Both the position numbers and the translations under genes were made by a program. Below the pieces are notes generated by a model that saw only the letters and a list, made by a program, of their open reading frames with translations, did no database searches and was not told the origin of the DNA. Positions 63,107-64,000 of a stretch of DNA of 64,000 nucleotides are shown here, in pieces; position 1 is the first letter of the stretch, and each line of letters opens with the position of its first letter. Origin of the DNA: Anaeromyxobacteraceae bacterium. GTDB lineage: Bacteria; Myxococcota; Myxococcia; Myxococcales; Anaeromyxobacteraceae. The stretch is taken from positions 59-64,058 of the forward strand of contig DASSQI010000002.1 in the NCBI GenBank assembly GCA_035702585.1, read 5' to 3'.

Positions 63107-63463
63107 CTACGGAACGGATCGAGCCGCAGCCGCGACGGGCACCGGCGTCTTCGCCTGCGAGCGCTCGACCTGCGGCGCGGCGCGCGCGCCTTCCTGCTCG
63201 AGCCGCGCGAACCAGCGGGCCGCGCGCATCTTGAGCTGCGTCCAGCGGATCTCCTCGCGCGTGGCCTGCGGCGCTCCGGAGACCTCCTCGCGCGGAGGGG
63301 GCTTCTCGATCTGACGCGCACCGGCGCCGCGGGTGAAGACCTCCCCGTACTGCGACGCGTAGGTGCGAGCGCAGAAAGGGCATTGCCAGTAACGAACCGG
63401 GCTGCCAGGGGCGGACCGGCTCGTCATGAGGACGCGGCAGTGGGTGCACTCGACAGCGGTCAT
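63107..63463 (-). CDS. zinc-ribbon hypothetical protein
   Basis: 118 aa; CTHC...CPFC pair at N-terminus, charged helical tail. Confidence 0.6.
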   Translation of the reverse strand: MTAVECTHCRVLMTSRSAPGSPVRYWQCPFCARTYASQYGEVFTRGAGARQIEKPPPREEVSGAPQATREEIRWTQLKMRAARWFARLEQEGARAAPQVERSQAKTPVPVAAAARSVP

Positions 63464-63538
63464 CGCTTTCGGCAGATATCGCCTGCGGATCGGGTGGTCA
63501 AGAAAGCGACTGCGACGTACTCACGCGGGGTGAAGCGA

Positions 63539-64000
63539 ATGGCTTCGGTGGTGAACCTGGACGGCCGGATCGTCCCGCCGCGAGACGCGGTGGTCTCGGT
63601 GCTCGACCGCGGCTTCCTCCACGGCGACAGCGTCTACGAGGTCATCCGGACCTACGGTCTACGGCCGTTCGAGACGGGCGCGCACCTTTCGCGGCTGGCC
63701 CACTCCGCGGAGCGGATCGGGCTCGTGCTGCGCTGGGACCTGGCGAGGACGGCGGCGGAGATCACGCGCACGATCGAGGCGTCGCGCGGAGGGGACGTCG
63801 CGGTGCCAGGCGCCGCGCCGTGGAACGTCGGCGAGCGGTACGTGCGCGTGGTCATGACGCGCGGGGCGGGCGAGATCGGCGTCGATCCGGCGCTGGCGGC
63901 GGACCCGCTCGCCATCGTGATCGTCCAGCCGCTCTCCGGGCCGGCCATGGAGGAGTACCGGCACGGCGTCGCCGCGCGCGTGGTCGGGGTCGAGCACACC
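63539..64000 (+). CDS. class IV (branched-chain / D-amino-acid / ADC-lyase type) aminotransferase, 3' end outside window
   Basis: Translated by hand (no stop in window, so not in ORF track): MASVVNLDGRIVPPRDAVVSVLDRGFLHGDSVYEVIRTY...RVVMTRGAGEIGVDP; upstream in-frame GTG at 63530 also possible. Confidence 0.8.
   Translation, partial: MASVVNLDGRIVPPRDAVVSVLDRGFLHGDSVYEVIRTYGLRPFETGAHLSRLAHSAERIGLVLRWDLARTAAEITRTIEASRGGDVAVPGAAPWNVGERYVRVVMTRGAGEIGVDPALAADPLAIVIVQPLSGPAMEEYRHGVAARVVGVEHT

Overview
This is a 64-kb window from a very GC-rich bacterial chromosome; core genes have almost only G/C at third codon positions. The gene content (many lipoproteins with Pro/Ser linkers, J-domain/Hsp70/TPR modules, dense two-component signalling) suggests a myxobacterium-like organism, but that is inference only.

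**Core, 1-33 kb.** It holds a HAMP-GAF-GGDEF cyclase, pgeF and a LysM protein. Next comes the conserved block dprA-topA-(antisense DksA/TraR-like gene)-trmFO-(lipoprotein)-xerC-hslV-hslU. It continues with a small sensor protein coupled to a histidine kinase, a sirtuin, mgtC and argD-argF. After that come a translationally coupled J-domain/Hsp70/TPR trio, MaoC/SDR/coaE and engB. It ends with YtxH-type stress proteins, an EEP hydrolase plus alkaline-phosphatase-family pair, greB, metF and tRNA-Glu(UUC).

**Accessory-looking tract, about 20 kb between tRNA-Glu (32970-33042) and tRNA-Lys(UUU) (53393-53465).**
- An exact 34-nt copy of the tRNA-Glu 3' end plus terminator recurs 1 kb downstream, bracketing a membrane-protein gene and a transporter gene fragment.
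- The tract also carries other gene fragments and a frameshifted lipoprotein gene.
- It encodes a DUF222-like HNH endonuclease followed by a small acidic ORF.
- An orphan double-glycine-leader peptide gene has its own terminator.
- A STAS protein and a membrane histidine kinase flank a 10-bp phased repeat array.
- There is a run of lipoprotein genes and an RlmA-like methyltransferase.

**Most interesting locus.** A lipoprotein EEP nuclease/phosphatase gene, a 32-codon mini-ORF and an orphan NrdG-like radical-SAM gene are linked by overlapping stop/start codons, followed by a receiver. This operon converges on a 1047-aa PLD-nuclease/SF2-helicase/DUF3427 gene abutting tRNA-Lys.

**Core again, 53.5-64 kb.** cstA, an iron permease-like gene, an MBL hydrolase, pheA, a receiver/small-TM/solute-symporter-fused kinase operon and a partial class IV aminotransferase.

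**Recurring oddity.** Short tandem or direct duplications sit at or across the stop codons of several genes and in intergenic regions.

I found no rRNA genes, CRISPR array, transposase or phage structural genes. All family calls rest on motif recognition by eye, not on database searches.
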